Source: an uncultured virus (IMG/VR IMGVR_UViG_3300009180_000025)
Taxonomy: Duplodnaviria; Heunggongvirae; Uroviricota; Caudoviricetes
IMG/VR virus record: IMGVR_UViG_3300009180_000025
Reading direction: 5' to 3' (one strand)
Length of the DNA stretch: 61,519 nt
Shown piece by piece: positions 46,013 to 55,597 of this stretch. The notes under the pieces were generated by a model that ran no database searches, had not been told where the DNA came from, and was given only the letters and a program-made list of their open reading frames with translations. Position 1 is the first letter of the stretch. Each line of letters begins with the position of its first letter. Made by a program: the position numbers and the translations under genes.

Positions 46013-46582
46013 ATGGCCAAATCTGACTTCGACGTTCAAAAATTCATCGCCGTTAACTCGGACCTTGGTGAAGTTCAAAAGCAAGGATCTTCAGTCTTGT
46101 TTATCAAAACCAAGAACTGGGGTAAAATCGAGTTCAACTATAAGACCGGTCGCGTGATTATTGGCTCTGGTACTTCGGCGGCTTTGCGCGAAGCAATTGT
46201 CCTTGCATTAGTTTGCAAAGGCTACCAAGTAGTTAAGCACACTAAGTCTTATACCTATTTTGAAGCAGGTGCAGACGATGCGCAACATATTGCTTTTGTT
46301 GGAGGGCACCTCTATCGTGACATCTTTGGAATTGTGACTACGACTCCTCACGATGTTAAGACTGTCAAGTATCCCCATGGCCTCGCGAAGAAAGCTAATT
46401 CAGCTCACGTAAAAGCTAAGAATGATGAGGTTGCAGCAGCAGCTGAGCGTATCGCCGCTATCAAGGCTAAGAACCTTGAGACTATCAAAGCTGTAGCGCG
46501 GAAGCGTGCTGAAGCTATTGAGTCTATCCGCGCTGTTGAGCCTATCAATGCTGATACAGTTGAACGGTTCAAGTCTGCCTAA
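46013..46582 (+). CDS. Hypothetical early protein
   Basis: Strong promoter and AAGGA Shine-Dalgarno, with an Ala/Lys-rich helical C-terminus. Confidence 0.7.
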   Translation: MAKSDFDVQKFIAVNSDLGEVQKQGSSVLFIKTKNWGKIEFNYKTGRVIIGSGTSAALREAIVLALVCKGYQVVKHTKSYTYFEAGADDAQHIAFVGGHLYRDIFGIVTTTPHDVKTVKYPHGLAKKANSAHVKAKNDEVAAAAERIAAIKAKNLETIKAVARKRAEAIESIRAVEPINADTVERFKSA

Positions 46583-47501
46583 GCAGGTGTTCCCATTGCT
46601 TTGAGACAACCTCTTCCCAATTAAAGAGGTTGTCTACATAAGACTTTTGAAAGCCTAGGCGATTCTCGTCTGGGCCATTTTCTTTTATGCTGCGAATAGC
46701 TGCGTCTAAAACGTGGAAGAAAGCACCAGCATGATCGTTTGGATTCTCATTCCATTGGTACATCATTGAGACACCAGCAGTCGTCTCAGGTAGGGCTGCG
46801 TAGTTCGGGCAGACTACTATGTTCTTAGCACTCATTGCTTCGATAGCAGCTAGACACGAAGTCTCAGGCCAAATGCTAGGATAAGCAAAAATGTGAGATT
46901 TCTTAAGCTCTTCTCTAATTGTTTCATTAGAGACAGCCCCATGATAGTTGATCCTTGGATGTTTCCGACAGCGTTCAAACAGGTGTTCGTATGGTGCATC
47001 CCGCTGACTCCAGCCATATATGCTAAAGCTCGAGAATACCTCTAGAATGATATCGTGATGAGTCTCACACAGTTTTTCGAAAACTGGAACGAGGATCTCA
47101 AGACCACGATGAGGCGTCGTATGATAGATAATTCTAATAGCATTACCATCGTATTTTTTCTTATCAATTTCGATAGGAGTGATCCCATTTCTAATCACAG
47201 CGCACTCATTATATGGAACCCCAAGGATCAGATTGTACATCTGCAGTTGCCAATTCGAAACTGCAACGATCTTTGAGAATCGCTTTCTCAAAGCCGGATC
47301 TTTTAAGTGCTGGGATTCTGGATCGTTGGGAAGGTCGTGAAGCCAAAGAATGGCTTTCTTATCAGGGTCTAGATCTCGTACCCTCGATGGAATGATTTGA
47401 AACTTGCTTAGAAGATCAGCGGGCAACGTTTTGTGCAGTCGTTCCTGCATAAGCTCCGTACCACCTCTAGCATTCACATTTAACTCATTCACTTCTTTCA
47501 T
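46569..47501 (-). CDS. Glycosyltransferase, GT-B / GT4-like
   Basis: GGTEL, LWLHD, IRNG, YHTTPHRGL and YPSIWPETSCLAAIEAM (Ex7E). Confidence 0.88.
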   Translation of the reverse strand: MKEVNELNVNARGGTELMQERLHKTLPADLLSKFQIIPSRVRDLDPDKKAILWLHDLPNDPESQHLKDPALRKRFSKIVAVSNWQLQMYNLILGVPYNECAVIRNGITPIEIDKKKYDGNAIRIIYHTTPHRGLEILVPVFEKLCETHHDIILEVFSSFSIYGWSQRDAPYEHLFERCRKHPRINYHGAVSNETIREELKKSHIFAYPSIWPETSCLAAIEAMSAKNIVVCPNYAALPETTAGVSMMYQWNENPNDHAGAFFHVLDAAIRSIKENGPDENRLGFQKSYVDNLFNWEEVVSKQWEHLLRQT

Positions 47502-47520
47502 AATAAAATCCTATAGGTTG

Positions 47521-47856
47521 CTATTTCTTTTTTTCAAGAAAGTCGGGTAGTTTTATGTTTACTTTTTCGTCCTGAATATTAATCAAGAATCTCGCTATCA
47601 GAGAAATTAAACTCCAAGAAACGAAACCCAGTCCAACTGATAGAGCCATTTGGTACTCCATCGTATTTGGTACTTGAAAATAATCAATAATAGGAGGACA
47701 AAAAACAATAGCCGATGTAACGCTTAGTCCAGAACGTATGGCCGCATCCCATACGTTACTTGGTTTGTAGAAAGCCATAAAAGCCGCTCCACCGATTAAA
47801 CCACCGAGACCCGATATTAATTTCGCCATTAGAGACGTGGAAATAAAGTCTGGCAT
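47521..47856 (-). CDS. Holin-like membrane protein
   Basis: Three hydrophobic helices and a basic C-terminus (EKKK). Confidence 0.55.
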   Translation of the reverse strand: MPDFISTSLMAKLISGLGGLIGGAAFMAFYKPSNVWDAAIRSGLSVTSAIVFCPPIIDYFQVPNTMEYQMALSVGLGFVSWSLISLIARFLINIQDEKVNIKLPDFLEKKK

Positions 47857-47929
47857 TGAACTCTCTTTTTATTTTTATATTTTATATATCAAAAAAGATT
47901 TTGCCGTTTCAATTTGATTCCATCACAGA

Positions 47930-48196
47930 TTATTTATTAATTTCTAAAATGGAGTCTATTCTGAAAGATCGCCAACCTTTTTTCTCTACGTCCCAAGCAG
48001 CAACTACGTCTGGGTTTTCTTTGCGTTCTTTTTCGATTCTGTCTGGTTCACTGTGAATCTTTGGAACTATTGAACTCAGAAGTGTGCACAGCATAATGCG
48101 CTCTTCGCCGTTCACTTTCTTAAACTTAACAGTTACTACTCTTTCACTAAGAGCCTCTGTAATCTCTTGCTTAGATATCATGTGCGTATCCACCAC
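47930..48196 (-). CDS. WYL/SH3-like beta-barrel protein
   Basis: VKFKKVNGEERIMLCTL...WDVEKKGWRSFR. Confidence 0.75.
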   Translation of the reverse strand: MVDTHMISKQEITEALSERVVTVKFKKVNGEERIMLCTLLSSIVPKIHSEPDRIEKERKENPDVVAAWDVEKKGWRSFRIDSILEINK

Positions 48197-48419
48197 TTGT
48201 TTCTTCGAGATACCCGACTAAGTCGTTATATCCACCAATTTTCATCCCATGAGCAACAACTACGGGAACAGTTCTTTGTGCGGGAAACCTTTCTTGAAAT
48301 TCTAGAATAGTTATATCTACACCTAGTTGAATGTAGTTATACTTAATTTTTCTTTCATCGAGAAGCTTCTTTGCAAGGGCGCAATAGTTGCAACCCTCTT
48401 TTCCGTAGACATCAATCAT
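48171..48419 (-). CDS. Glutaredoxin
   Basis: CNYC active site, RTVP and IGGYNDL. Confidence 0.92.
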   Translation of the reverse strand: MIDVYGKEGCNYCALAKKLLDERKIKYNYIQLGVDITILEFQERFPAQRTVPVVVAHGMKIGGYNDLVGYLEETSGGYAHDI

Positions 48420-48431
48420 TATAGGTATACC

Positions 48432-48650
48432 TTACGCTCTAGGAGGCTTTCTTTTTCGAGTCTGCTTATCACAAGTGCAAACGTGTTCTTTCGTTTCAGC
48501 TCTCATGAGATCTTGTCTCAATGCTTCAACTAAAGCTTCATTATCTTTTTCTATTCTTTTCTTATCTTCTTCAAACGATTGTTTAATAAATTCAATTTCT
48601 TTCTTAGAAATTGATCTTATAAGATCTCTAATTATTTTAATTAAATTCAT
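48432..48650 (-). CDS. Hypothetical protein
   Basis: 72-aa coiled-coil ORF within the operon. Confidence 0.5.
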   Translation of the reverse strand: MNLIKIIRDLIRSISKKEIEFIKQSFEEDKKRIEKDNEALVEALRQDLMRAETKEHVCTCDKQTRKRKPPRA

Positions 48651-49191
48651 GGCTTAACTCCTGTGTGTATCCGTATTTTGCTATGTAATATGCGTCGATA
48701 ATATCGGAAGATGGATTCCATTGTTTCTCAGTCATATTCAACATCTTCTTGATATCAACACCAGTCTCTTCTATAAAGCACTCTTGTAGTCGTTCCTTAT
48801 TCGCGTTTCCTTTACCGGTTGCGAACTTTTTAATTACGGTCGGAGCTACAACATGATATTCTAGTTTTCTTTTCCACAAATAGTGCTTTAATAAACCGGC
48901 GTTCTCAGCTATACTGAATACCATACCGGTCGAACCCATTGAATAACCTTCAAGATATACATTATCACATTCTTTAAGTTTTGTCAATACCCAATCTGTT
49001 ATATTGAAGTATCTATTCTCATTGCAATCATATTCTTCAAATAGGTCACCTAGTATGTTATTACTATCTATATCATGTTTTTTATTATTCGTCAAATAAT
49101 AAAATTTGCAATTTTCGAAGGTGAAAGAATCACCTTCGAAAACACACACGCACGGAGAACTTAGGCTATAGTCAACGCCTATTATTCTCAT
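48637..49191 (-). CDS. RuvC-like Holliday junction resolvase
   Basis: IIGVDYS, LEGYS, IKKFATGKGNANK and DIIDAYYI. Confidence 0.85.
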   Translation of the reverse strand: MRIIGVDYSLSSPCVCVFEGDSFTFENCKFYYLTNNKKHDIDSNNILGDLFEEYDCNENRYFNITDWVLTKLKECDNVYLEGYSMGSTGMVFSIAENAGLLKHYLWKRKLEYHVVAPTVIKKFATGKGNANKERLQECFIEETGVDIKKMLNMTEKQWNPSSDIIDAYYIAKYGYTQELSHEFN

Positions 49192-49460
49192 TCTTGCCTA
49201 GCTTCTTCCTCTACATATTCGTCCCACTCAGATGAACTATCTTCTCCATCGTCTTCGTAGTCTTTATCTTCTTCGAATTCTTCTTCATCTTCTTCAACAT
49301 AATCTTCGTAAATTACATCGAAAATATCATCAATCCCAAGTTCAACTCCTTCGAGGTCATACTCGTCTGATTGTTCTAGGATTCTAGTATAAATCTCTTT
49401 TCTTGTAACTTCGTCTTTGACGATCTCAGAAACAAGAGTGACGATATCGTTAATATGCAT
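49188..49460 (-). CDS. Highly acidic small protein
   Basis: The C-terminal half is dominated by Asp/Glu with interspersed aromatic residues. Confidence 0.65.
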   Translation of the reverse strand: MHINDIVTLVSEIVKDEVTRKEIYTRILEQSDEYDLEGVELGIDDIFDVIYEDYVEEDEEEFEEDKDYEDDGEDSSSEWDEYVEEEARQE

Positions 49461-49471
49461 TTAGTTTTCCC

Positions 49472-50287
49472 TTATTTTAAGTAGTCGGCATAAACGCCTT
49501 TTATGATTCCACAAAGCTCTTCACTGCTTACATTATCTCTTGTATAGTCTAATCCATAATATTCTAACATCGTTTTATTTTCATAAGAATTCTTATAAAA
49601 AACGTCATCAAATTCACTGCCAAAGTAATCAGTTTTTCCAAGAAAGATGTTATAACAATCTAAATTGATTGCACCTTCTTTTGGAACTAAATTTGTATTC
49701 CAGTTAAATTCCCAAAATTTATCGAAACCTTGAGAAAATCTTCCCATGCTATCTTCTGGAGAATCTTTATGTTTCTTGTACATATAAAGAAACTTAAATA
49801 TCCATCTCTTTTCAGGTCTACAATAAACGTTTATAATCTCAGCACCTGGAAAAGCAATGTTAAGATCTAAATTATCGAAATTGTGAATCCTAGTTAAAAC
49901 ACGTTTAAAGGGGTTATAACTGTAATTTGGATCACTGATATTAAACATGTCTATTTTTTCTGGATGACAGTCTGGATTATCTATTCTATAGTTAATCATA
50001 GCGTTTAAGATCTTACGAGCTTCTGAATAGTTTTCAGCCAATAAGTTTTCATAAACGCTAGAATTAAATACATATTCTTGTAGAGTAACAGAATCAATAG
50101 AATCTCTATGATAGTCGTATAGAAGACTATCAAGAGATCCATCAATATTCTGGAAGCTCCAGCCAAGATCGTTCTTTCTTTTTTCGAAATAGACGTTTGT
50201 TCCGAAGATCTTTTTATATAATGAGAGACACACGAATTCTCCCATGTTACCACGGTCGTATTGAACTATAGTAAGACCTTCGTACAT
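49472..50287 (-). CDS. Hypothetical protein, sulfotransferase-like N-terminus
   Basis: IVQYDRGNMGEFVC resembles the start of the 1..291 ORF (IVVYPPGAYGSFIS). Confidence 0.45.
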   Translation of the reverse strand: MYEGLTIVQYDRGNMGEFVCLSLYKKIFGTNVYFEKRKNDLGWSFQNIDGSLDSLLYDYHRDSIDSVTLQEYVFNSSVYENLLAENYSEARKILNAMINYRIDNPDCHPEKIDMFNISDPNYSYNPFKRVLTRIHNFDNLDLNIAFPGAEIINVYCRPEKRWIFKFLYMYKKHKDSPEDSMGRFSQGFDKFWEFNWNTNLVPKEGAINLDCYNIFLGKTDYFGSEFDDVFYKNSYENKTMLEYYGLDYTRDNVSSEELCGIIKGVYADYLK

Positions 50288-50297
50288 TCGAATATCC

Positions 50298-52226
50298 TTA
50301 ATTCAAGTCAACGATTTCACAACCATCGGCTGCGCAAGCTAGGGTTTGCGAACCTTTTGTATTATCTTCCTGTTCGTATTTAGACAAATCCAACCAGTTA
50401 ATTTCTTTAGGCATATAAGAAACTAGTTTCTCGTATTCGCTTTCAGTACAATCTTGATACGGCGCTTGACGATAAACGTGATCACTGTGGGGCAAGAATG
50501 AGATGCCAGAGATCTTATCAAAGTTCGCATAAACATAAGCGCCAACATCCATCCATTCGTCTTCTTTAACAGAAATTGTTACTGAAGGCTTATGCTCGCA
50601 CCAGTGTTCCTGATAAATCATCCACATCTTCAGTTGTTCTATGGCTGACATATCATTCCGTGTTACAGCATCTTCAGGAGACTTCTGTGGGAATGAAAAC
50701 ACCGTAGTTGAATCGGGTTTCATAACGTCTGGTTCATTGGGGAACCCATAGTCTTTCATAAGTTGCGTAAGTGGATCTTTATTGTCTCCACGAACTGTAC
50801 GAATGTAATACTTAGAGTGCCGAGCATGAACACCTGACGCTGAGTCAACTAATTGAGATACAGTTCCGGATGGCTTAACACAAGTAACAGCCGCAGATGG
50901 TGGAATACCAATATCAGATGCTAACTCTTCATTTGATACAACCGCGGCCGCACGCAGCATTTCGAGAGTAGACTTTAGTTTCACGATGCCAACTTTTCCA
51001 TTCATCAAAGCGTGATCCATGACACCAGTAAGCGAAACGCCAAGTAATCTCTCTTCTTCAGTGTTCACCGTCCACGATTTGCGAAGATAGGGGAACCGTG
51101 TCAGAGTCGACTGAATGGTGCCAAGACGTGCGGCGAGTCTAACTTTACGAATCAAATCACCTTCGCTGTCTGAACCTCTAACTACGACTTCCGTCAAGTT
51201 ACAGAATTGATTTGGACGAAGGATAATTTCTGAGCATGGATTAGTTCCAAAATCGTGATTTGGATCACGGCGACCAAACTTAGCAGCTTGATTTTTCGAA
51301 GCTACGCGGGAAAAGATACCACGCTCACCAGACTTAGAGTCGTATAGAGAAATCCACTCACGCATAAAAGTACCAATCTCTGGCTTCTCCGTGTAAGCTG
51401 CCGAGTTATTCGAAAGTGCACGCTGTGGATTAGTTTCCCACCACGAACCATTCTTAGCTCCACGCATGCGCTCATCAGTAAGGTTAGAAAGAGAGATCAT
51501 AGCAGAACGGCGAACGCCGCCAACAACAACGACTTCGCCAATCTTACACATAATGTCATGGCACTCAAGTGAATTCAACTTACGACCTGCAGCAGCCTTA
51601 AACATCTTGATTGTAAACTTAAACAGATCGTCAAGTGGTCCTGGGCCAGACGAACGACCACCAAATGTTTTAAGACGAGCGCCAGCTGGTCGAAGTAAAG
51701 ATAGATCAATCTTTGGAATTTCACCAGAATAAAGCAAAGCCATCAGCTGGCGATATCCTTTAGCCCAACCTTCTTTGGAGTCTTTAATGATAATTGTTGT
51801 GTCTGATTCAAAAAGCTTTTCCGGAATTTCTGGAAGTTTATTAACATATTGGCGCTCAACTGAGAAGCCAACACCAGTTCCATTCATAAGGATGAGTAGG
51901 GTTTCGTCAAATGCCTTAGGATCATCAACTGCAACATACGAACAGTTATATGCACAGGTGTTATCGCGATCCAAAGCGGGACCCGCAGTCATTAAAGCGC
52001 GCATCGAAGGCATCACTTCAAGACTGAGAACTGCTTGTTCTAATTCTTTCCTGGAATCGGCGCTTAGAATATATCCACAAAATTCTTTAAGGTGCTTTTC
52101 CATATAATCGAAGTAGCGTCCAACTGTCTCATCCCAGTTCTCGCGGCGGCCTTCTTTGTCTAGAAATTTAGCATAACGGCTTTTATAGATGAATTCTTGG
52201 TAAAGGGTTGGAAGGAAGTTAGACAT
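50298..52226 (-). CDS. nrdJ: Class II (adenosylcobalamin-dependent) ribonucleotide reductase
   Basis: MPSMRAL, YNCSY, GTGVGFSVE, GGVRRSA, GTNPCSEI, TCVKPSGT and a C-terminal ACAADGCE. No NrdB partner is adjacent. Confidence 0.93.
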   Translation of the reverse strand: MSNFLPTLYQEFIYKSRYAKFLDKEGRRENWDETVGRYFDYMEKHLKEFCGYILSADSRKELEQAVLSLEVMPSMRALMTAGPALDRDNTCAYNCSYVAVDDPKAFDETLLILMNGTGVGFSVERQYVNKLPEIPEKLFESDTTIIIKDSKEGWAKGYRQLMALLYSGEIPKIDLSLLRPAGARLKTFGGRSSGPGPLDDLFKFTIKMFKAAAGRKLNSLECHDIMCKIGEVVVVGGVRRSAMISLSNLTDERMRGAKNGSWWETNPQRALSNNSAAYTEKPEIGTFMREWISLYDSKSGERGIFSRVASKNQAAKFGRRDPNHDFGTNPCSEIILRPNQFCNLTEVVVRGSDSEGDLIRKVRLAARLGTIQSTLTRFPYLRKSWTVNTEEERLLGVSLTGVMDHALMNGKVGIVKLKSTLEMLRAAAVVSNEELASDIGIPPSAAVTCVKPSGTVSQLVDSASGVHARHSKYYIRTVRGDNKDPLTQLMKDYGFPNEPDVMKPDSTTVFSFPQKSPEDAVTRNDMSAIEQLKMWMIYQEHWCEHKPSVTISVKEDEWMDVGAYVYANFDKISGISFLPHSDHVYRQAPYQDCTESEYEKLVSYMPKEINWLDLSKYEQEDNTKGSQTLACAADGCEIVDLN

Positions 52227-52268
52227 ATTTTTTTGCTCTTTCTTTATTGCAATTATATTTTTTAGTCT

Positions 52269-53303
52269 TCATGCTTTACTCCATGAAGCAATTTTCATCT
52301 TAGCGAATAAGCCACTATAAGTATTTTGATCTATGATAGCTTGTATTTCAGATCCATTATACCCAAGTTTATTAACCATATCGTTCACGTCTTTTTCATT
52401 TATGTAGTCTGGCCAGAAGCACACACCATAACCCTGATCAATCGCGCGGTGCATCCTCTTTACAATTTCTTTATTCCTAGGTTCGTTGTCATAAGCTATT
52501 GTAACGTTTCTAGGATCACCCAAAGGCGTCAAGTCGGCGTCAGCACCAGACATAGCTGCGCAGTTACTGAGGAATAAACTATCTATAGGTCCCTCAACGA
52601 TATATACCCTCTTAGTCTTGTCAATCTCATCTAGGCCAAACAGTTTAGGCTTACTGTCATCTAATATAATGCTGACATATCTAACTTTAGAATTTGGTTT
52701 TATCGCGCGACCCGTAAACCCAAATACATATCCATTAGAATCGATGAACGGAAGAACAATTCTAGGCTCGTCTGCCTTAACTGCGCTTTCGCTAAACTTT
52801 CCTGGAATGATTGAGTTTACCCACGTATAGTATATATCTGAGTAGTATATCCTGTAGTGCTGATTCGAAGGAATATTCCTAGCAACTACATATTTTTTTG
52901 CAGGATGATTTGGACTGAGTTGAGAGATCTTCTTAAGTTCTTTCATTGGATCGAATTTATCGACGCGACGTTGAGAGAACTTAGATATATCAGACTCGAA
53001 TTTAACCGGTTCTTGCCCGCTTTCACGCATCAACTCTAATCGATATTCGGAATAGAGAGATGGATTATAAGTTTTGATATATTTGGAGAGTGAAGTGCTA
53101 AACCCGCAGTTGAAGCACTTGAAGTTTATATGATCACTGCGCTCATAGAAGTGACCGCGTGTCTTATTCTTGCTAGTATGACTATCGCCGCAAACGTTAC
53201 ATCTGAACTTCGCGTTGTATGGCTTACTCTTTACTACTTTGAACTGTTCTAGTTGCAATCCAATTAAAGAAGCATACTTTTGATCGATCCATAACGAACT
53301 CAT
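52269..53303 (-). CDS. gp61: DNA primase gp61
   Basis: Zinc finger RCNVCGDS..KCFNCG and TOPRIM motifs VEGPIDSLF, DNEPRN and KDVNDM. Confidence 0.95.
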   Translation of the reverse strand: MSSLWIDQKYASLIGLQLEQFKVVKSKPYNAKFRCNVCGDSHTSKNKTRGHFYERSDHINFKCFNCGFSTSLSKYIKTYNPSLYSEYRLELMRESGQEPVKFESDISKFSQRRVDKFDPMKELKKISQLSPNHPAKKYVVARNIPSNQHYRIYYSDIYYTWVNSIIPGKFSESAVKADEPRIVLPFIDSNGYVFGFTGRAIKPNSKVRYVSIILDDSKPKLFGLDEIDKTKRVYIVEGPIDSLFLSNCAAMSGADADLTPLGDPRNVTIAYDNEPRNKEIVKRMHRAIDQGYGVCFWPDYINEKDVNDMVNKLGYNGSEIQAIIDQNTYSGLFAKMKIASWSKA

Positions 53304-53333
53304 TGACTCAACCTTTTATTAGACTATAGAACT

Positions 53334-53361
53334 ATTATACAACTGCTGACGTAAATGTCAA
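53334..53361 (-). promoter_or_regulatory. sigma70 promoter for primase/nrdJ
   Basis: TTGACA-16-TATAAT on the minus strand. Confidence 0.8.
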
Positions 53362-53364
53362 CCG

Positions 53365-53640
53365 TTATTTTGCGTTTATTGTCTTTTCGGCTTCATCATA
53401 GAAGTTCTGTATCGAATTTAAAGAGTTCTTACAAGTTATGTTATTTTTTTGGAGTTTCAAGATAAGAGCACCGACTTGCTGATCGGTCAATGTATCATCT
53501 TTTGGAAAGTTTTTCTCTACTGGACAAACATATAGACTCGCTGGAGCTTTTACTATCTTATATTCTGGAGCTACAAGCTTGACTTCAGTCGACTGACAAG
53601 CAGCAAGAAGAAAACAGGAAACTACTAGAATTTTCTTCAT
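53365..53640 (-). CDS. o-spanin (Rz1-like lipoprotein)
   Basis: Lipoprotein signal MKKILVVSCFLLAA-C with a Pro/Cys pattern; overlaps the upstream membrane protein gene. Confidence 0.75.
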   Translation of the reverse strand: MKKILVVSCFLLAACQSTEVKLVAPEYKIVKAPASLYVCPVEKNFPKDDTLTDQQVGALILKLQKNNITCKNSLNSIQNFYDEAEKTINAK

Positions 53641-54020
53641 TTCTTTTTATCCCCATATGCAGCCTCGAGCTGCTTCACTAGGCTTTTCAAGTATTGTGAA
53701 GCGGGTTTAGCTCCATCACCTTCAACATTTTTCATAATATCTTCCGAGGTTTCAGTAGTCTTTATTTCGTATTGCGCGATTGCATCGCGGATCCTCGTAG
53801 CCGTATTATCTATAACTACGGTCTTCTCTTGGAATTCTTGATTCTTTTGTTCTACCAGAGCTTCTTGCTTTTGATTGAAAGACTCTAAAGCTTTATTCCA
53901 AATCTTGCTATCGTGATATAGTAACCAGCCACCCGTGGCCGCAATGAGAGCAAACACACCACCAATGATTAATGGGAGGGAAGATCCACCCGCAAATAAT
54001 CTTAATGCTAGTTTGATCAT
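53637..54020 (-). CDS. i-spanin (Rz-like)
   Basis: Single N-terminal transmembrane helix followed by a coiled coil, directly upstream of the lipoprotein. Confidence 0.7.
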   Translation of the reverse strand: MIKLALRLFAGGSSLPLIIGGVFALIAATGGWLLYHDSKIWNKALESFNQKQEALVEQKNQEFQEKTVVIDNTATRIRDAIAQYEIKTTETSEDIMKNVEGDGAKPASQYLKSLVKQLEAAYGDKKK

Positions 54021-55189
54021 GATAGTGACAGAGCCTTATCTTGGTTTGATTTTTGATACATATCCATCTTATCTAAGTAACCCTGATTCCTGAGCTCCTT
54101 GAAAACAAGATTACCAAAGGCGAACTCACCCGACTTAGAGATGGAGTCTCCACGCATTTTTCTAATCTTTTGCTTTATCATATCAAGCGAACCATCGGTT
54201 GCTTGTTGAGAGATCATCTTATCAATAAGATCTTTATAGAATTGTACTTTTTTCTGTAAGTGTCTATCACTTGCAAAATCGATGCCAATGTTCATTGGCA
54301 TGGCGATCCATTCGTCTCTCTGAACTGAATAGACGCCTTGATTCTCGTGGGGCTGTTCATTCACATCTTGAGCATACAGCTCAACCGGATAGCCATAGAT
54401 GTTTATGTCTTGGTGCGATAGTGTCCAAAGAATCTTCTTATCTTGAAGATAGTCGTCCGTCAGTGCTCTATTAGGACTAAACGCGTCACGAGAAATTACA
54501 ATGTGTAAGTCGATGTCCGACAAAGGCGTATAATTGAAGTTTACGTTACCACCAGTAACGATGATATCGACTACGATCTTTGGATCAATGTTAGCAAACT
54601 TCATCCAAGTAGTAGCGATCTGCAAAAGCTTTCCGCGAACTTCTTCTTTGAGTTTACCGTCTTGCCATAGTTTCGGGTTGAGTTCCGGATGATACTGAAG
54701 AGTCGTCTCTTCCTTCAACTTTTTTTTTAATTTTCTTTGAGCTATAAAGTTCTTGAGTTTATACTTATTTGCAGCAGCTGGTCTGACTACCGTCTTATCT
54801 GGCATGACTGCAGTCGAGTTCATCGGAACATCTTCACTAAGATTTTGAACTTCTTCGTAAGTCTTATAGAATTCTTCTTCGAGGCTAAAGAGAGTATCAG
54901 TCGGATTTTTTTGGTAAGACTCATAAGTCCTAGTCAATAACAAAGCAGCAGCGTAAGAAGCGAGTTGAGACTTTCCGCCAGGAATCTTTGCGATGAGGCG
55001 TTTGAGGTTGATGACAAGAATGTCGAAATAACCACAGGCTCTATTATCAGCAGGCGTGAATTGAGCTTTCTTCTTAAGGAACCTACCCTGATTATCGATG
55101 ATTCCGGCTCTGTAAGCAGGCATCTCAGTGAATGGCGTCACCAGTCTTCTGATGAACTGGTAAATCATATAGATATCCATGACGGCCAT
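54017..55189 (-). CDS. Conserved T4-like N-terminal domain fused to a pol-beta-type nucleotidyltransferase
   Basis: N-terminal FIRRLVTPF..AY..GIID..G..LKK and C-terminal TGGNVNFNYTPLSDIDLHI...VELYAQD. Confidence 0.75.
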   Translation of the reverse strand: MAVMDIYMIYQFIRRLVTPFTEMPAYRAGIIDNQGRFLKKKAQFTPADNRACGYFDILVINLKRLIAKIPGGKSQLASYAAALLLTRTYESYQKNPTDTLFSLEEEFYKTYEEVQNLSEDVPMNSTAVMPDKTVVRPAAANKYKLKNFIAQRKLKKKLKEETTLQYHPELNPKLWQDGKLKEEVRGKLLQIATTWMKFANIDPKIVVDIIVTGGNVNFNYTPLSDIDLHIVISRDAFSPNRALTDDYLQDKKILWTLSHQDINIYGYPVELYAQDVNEQPHENQGVYSVQRDEWIAMPMNIGIDFASDRHLQKKVQFYKDLIDKMISQQATDGSLDMIKQKIRKMRGDSISKSGEFAFGNLVFKELRNQGYLDKMDMYQKSNQDKALSLS

Positions 55190-55579
55190 TTAGATATTCC
55201 TTAAAGCGTTTATTATGTTCTGATCAATCTCTATATCAGAGGTTAATATAGTTCTATTATCTAATCCGATATTCTCAACACGTTCTGGTAAATTATTTAA
55301 CGCGATTAGAAACGGAACTAAACATTTTTCCAGTCCATCACACTTAAAAAATAACATACGTACAGTTGCATGTACACCAAAAAGATTGAATAGCACAACA
55401 ATGTGATTAAGAACTAGTCTTTCTTTTAGATCACCGTCTTCAACATACCTATTAAGAAGTCTTTTTATGTACTTAAATCTTTTTAGATCTTCGTAAAATT
55501 CTATAGTATCAAAGCATTGTGGATTGTCATAGTGTTTTGCGGCGTAAAGTAGAAAGTTAGAAGCATCAAGCTTATCCAT
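55190..55579 (-). CDS. Conserved T4-like hypothetical protein
   Basis: NFLLYAAKHYDNPQC..EFYEDLKRFKYIKRLL..ERLVLNH. Confidence 0.8.
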   Translation of the reverse strand: MDKLDASNFLLYAAKHYDNPQCFDTIEFYEDLKRFKYIKRLLNRYVEDGDLKERLVLNHIVVLFNLFGVHATVRMLFFKCDGLEKCLVPFLIALNNLPERVENIGLDNRTILTSDIEIDQNIINALRNI

Positions 55580-55597
55580 ACTGCATTATTCTTTTTA

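Noticed and set aside
50298..53303. Introns, inteins or homing endonucleases in nrdJ or primase
   Set aside because: Both ORFs are continuous and of ordinary length, with no intein, HNH, GIY-YIG or LAGLIDADG motifs seen.
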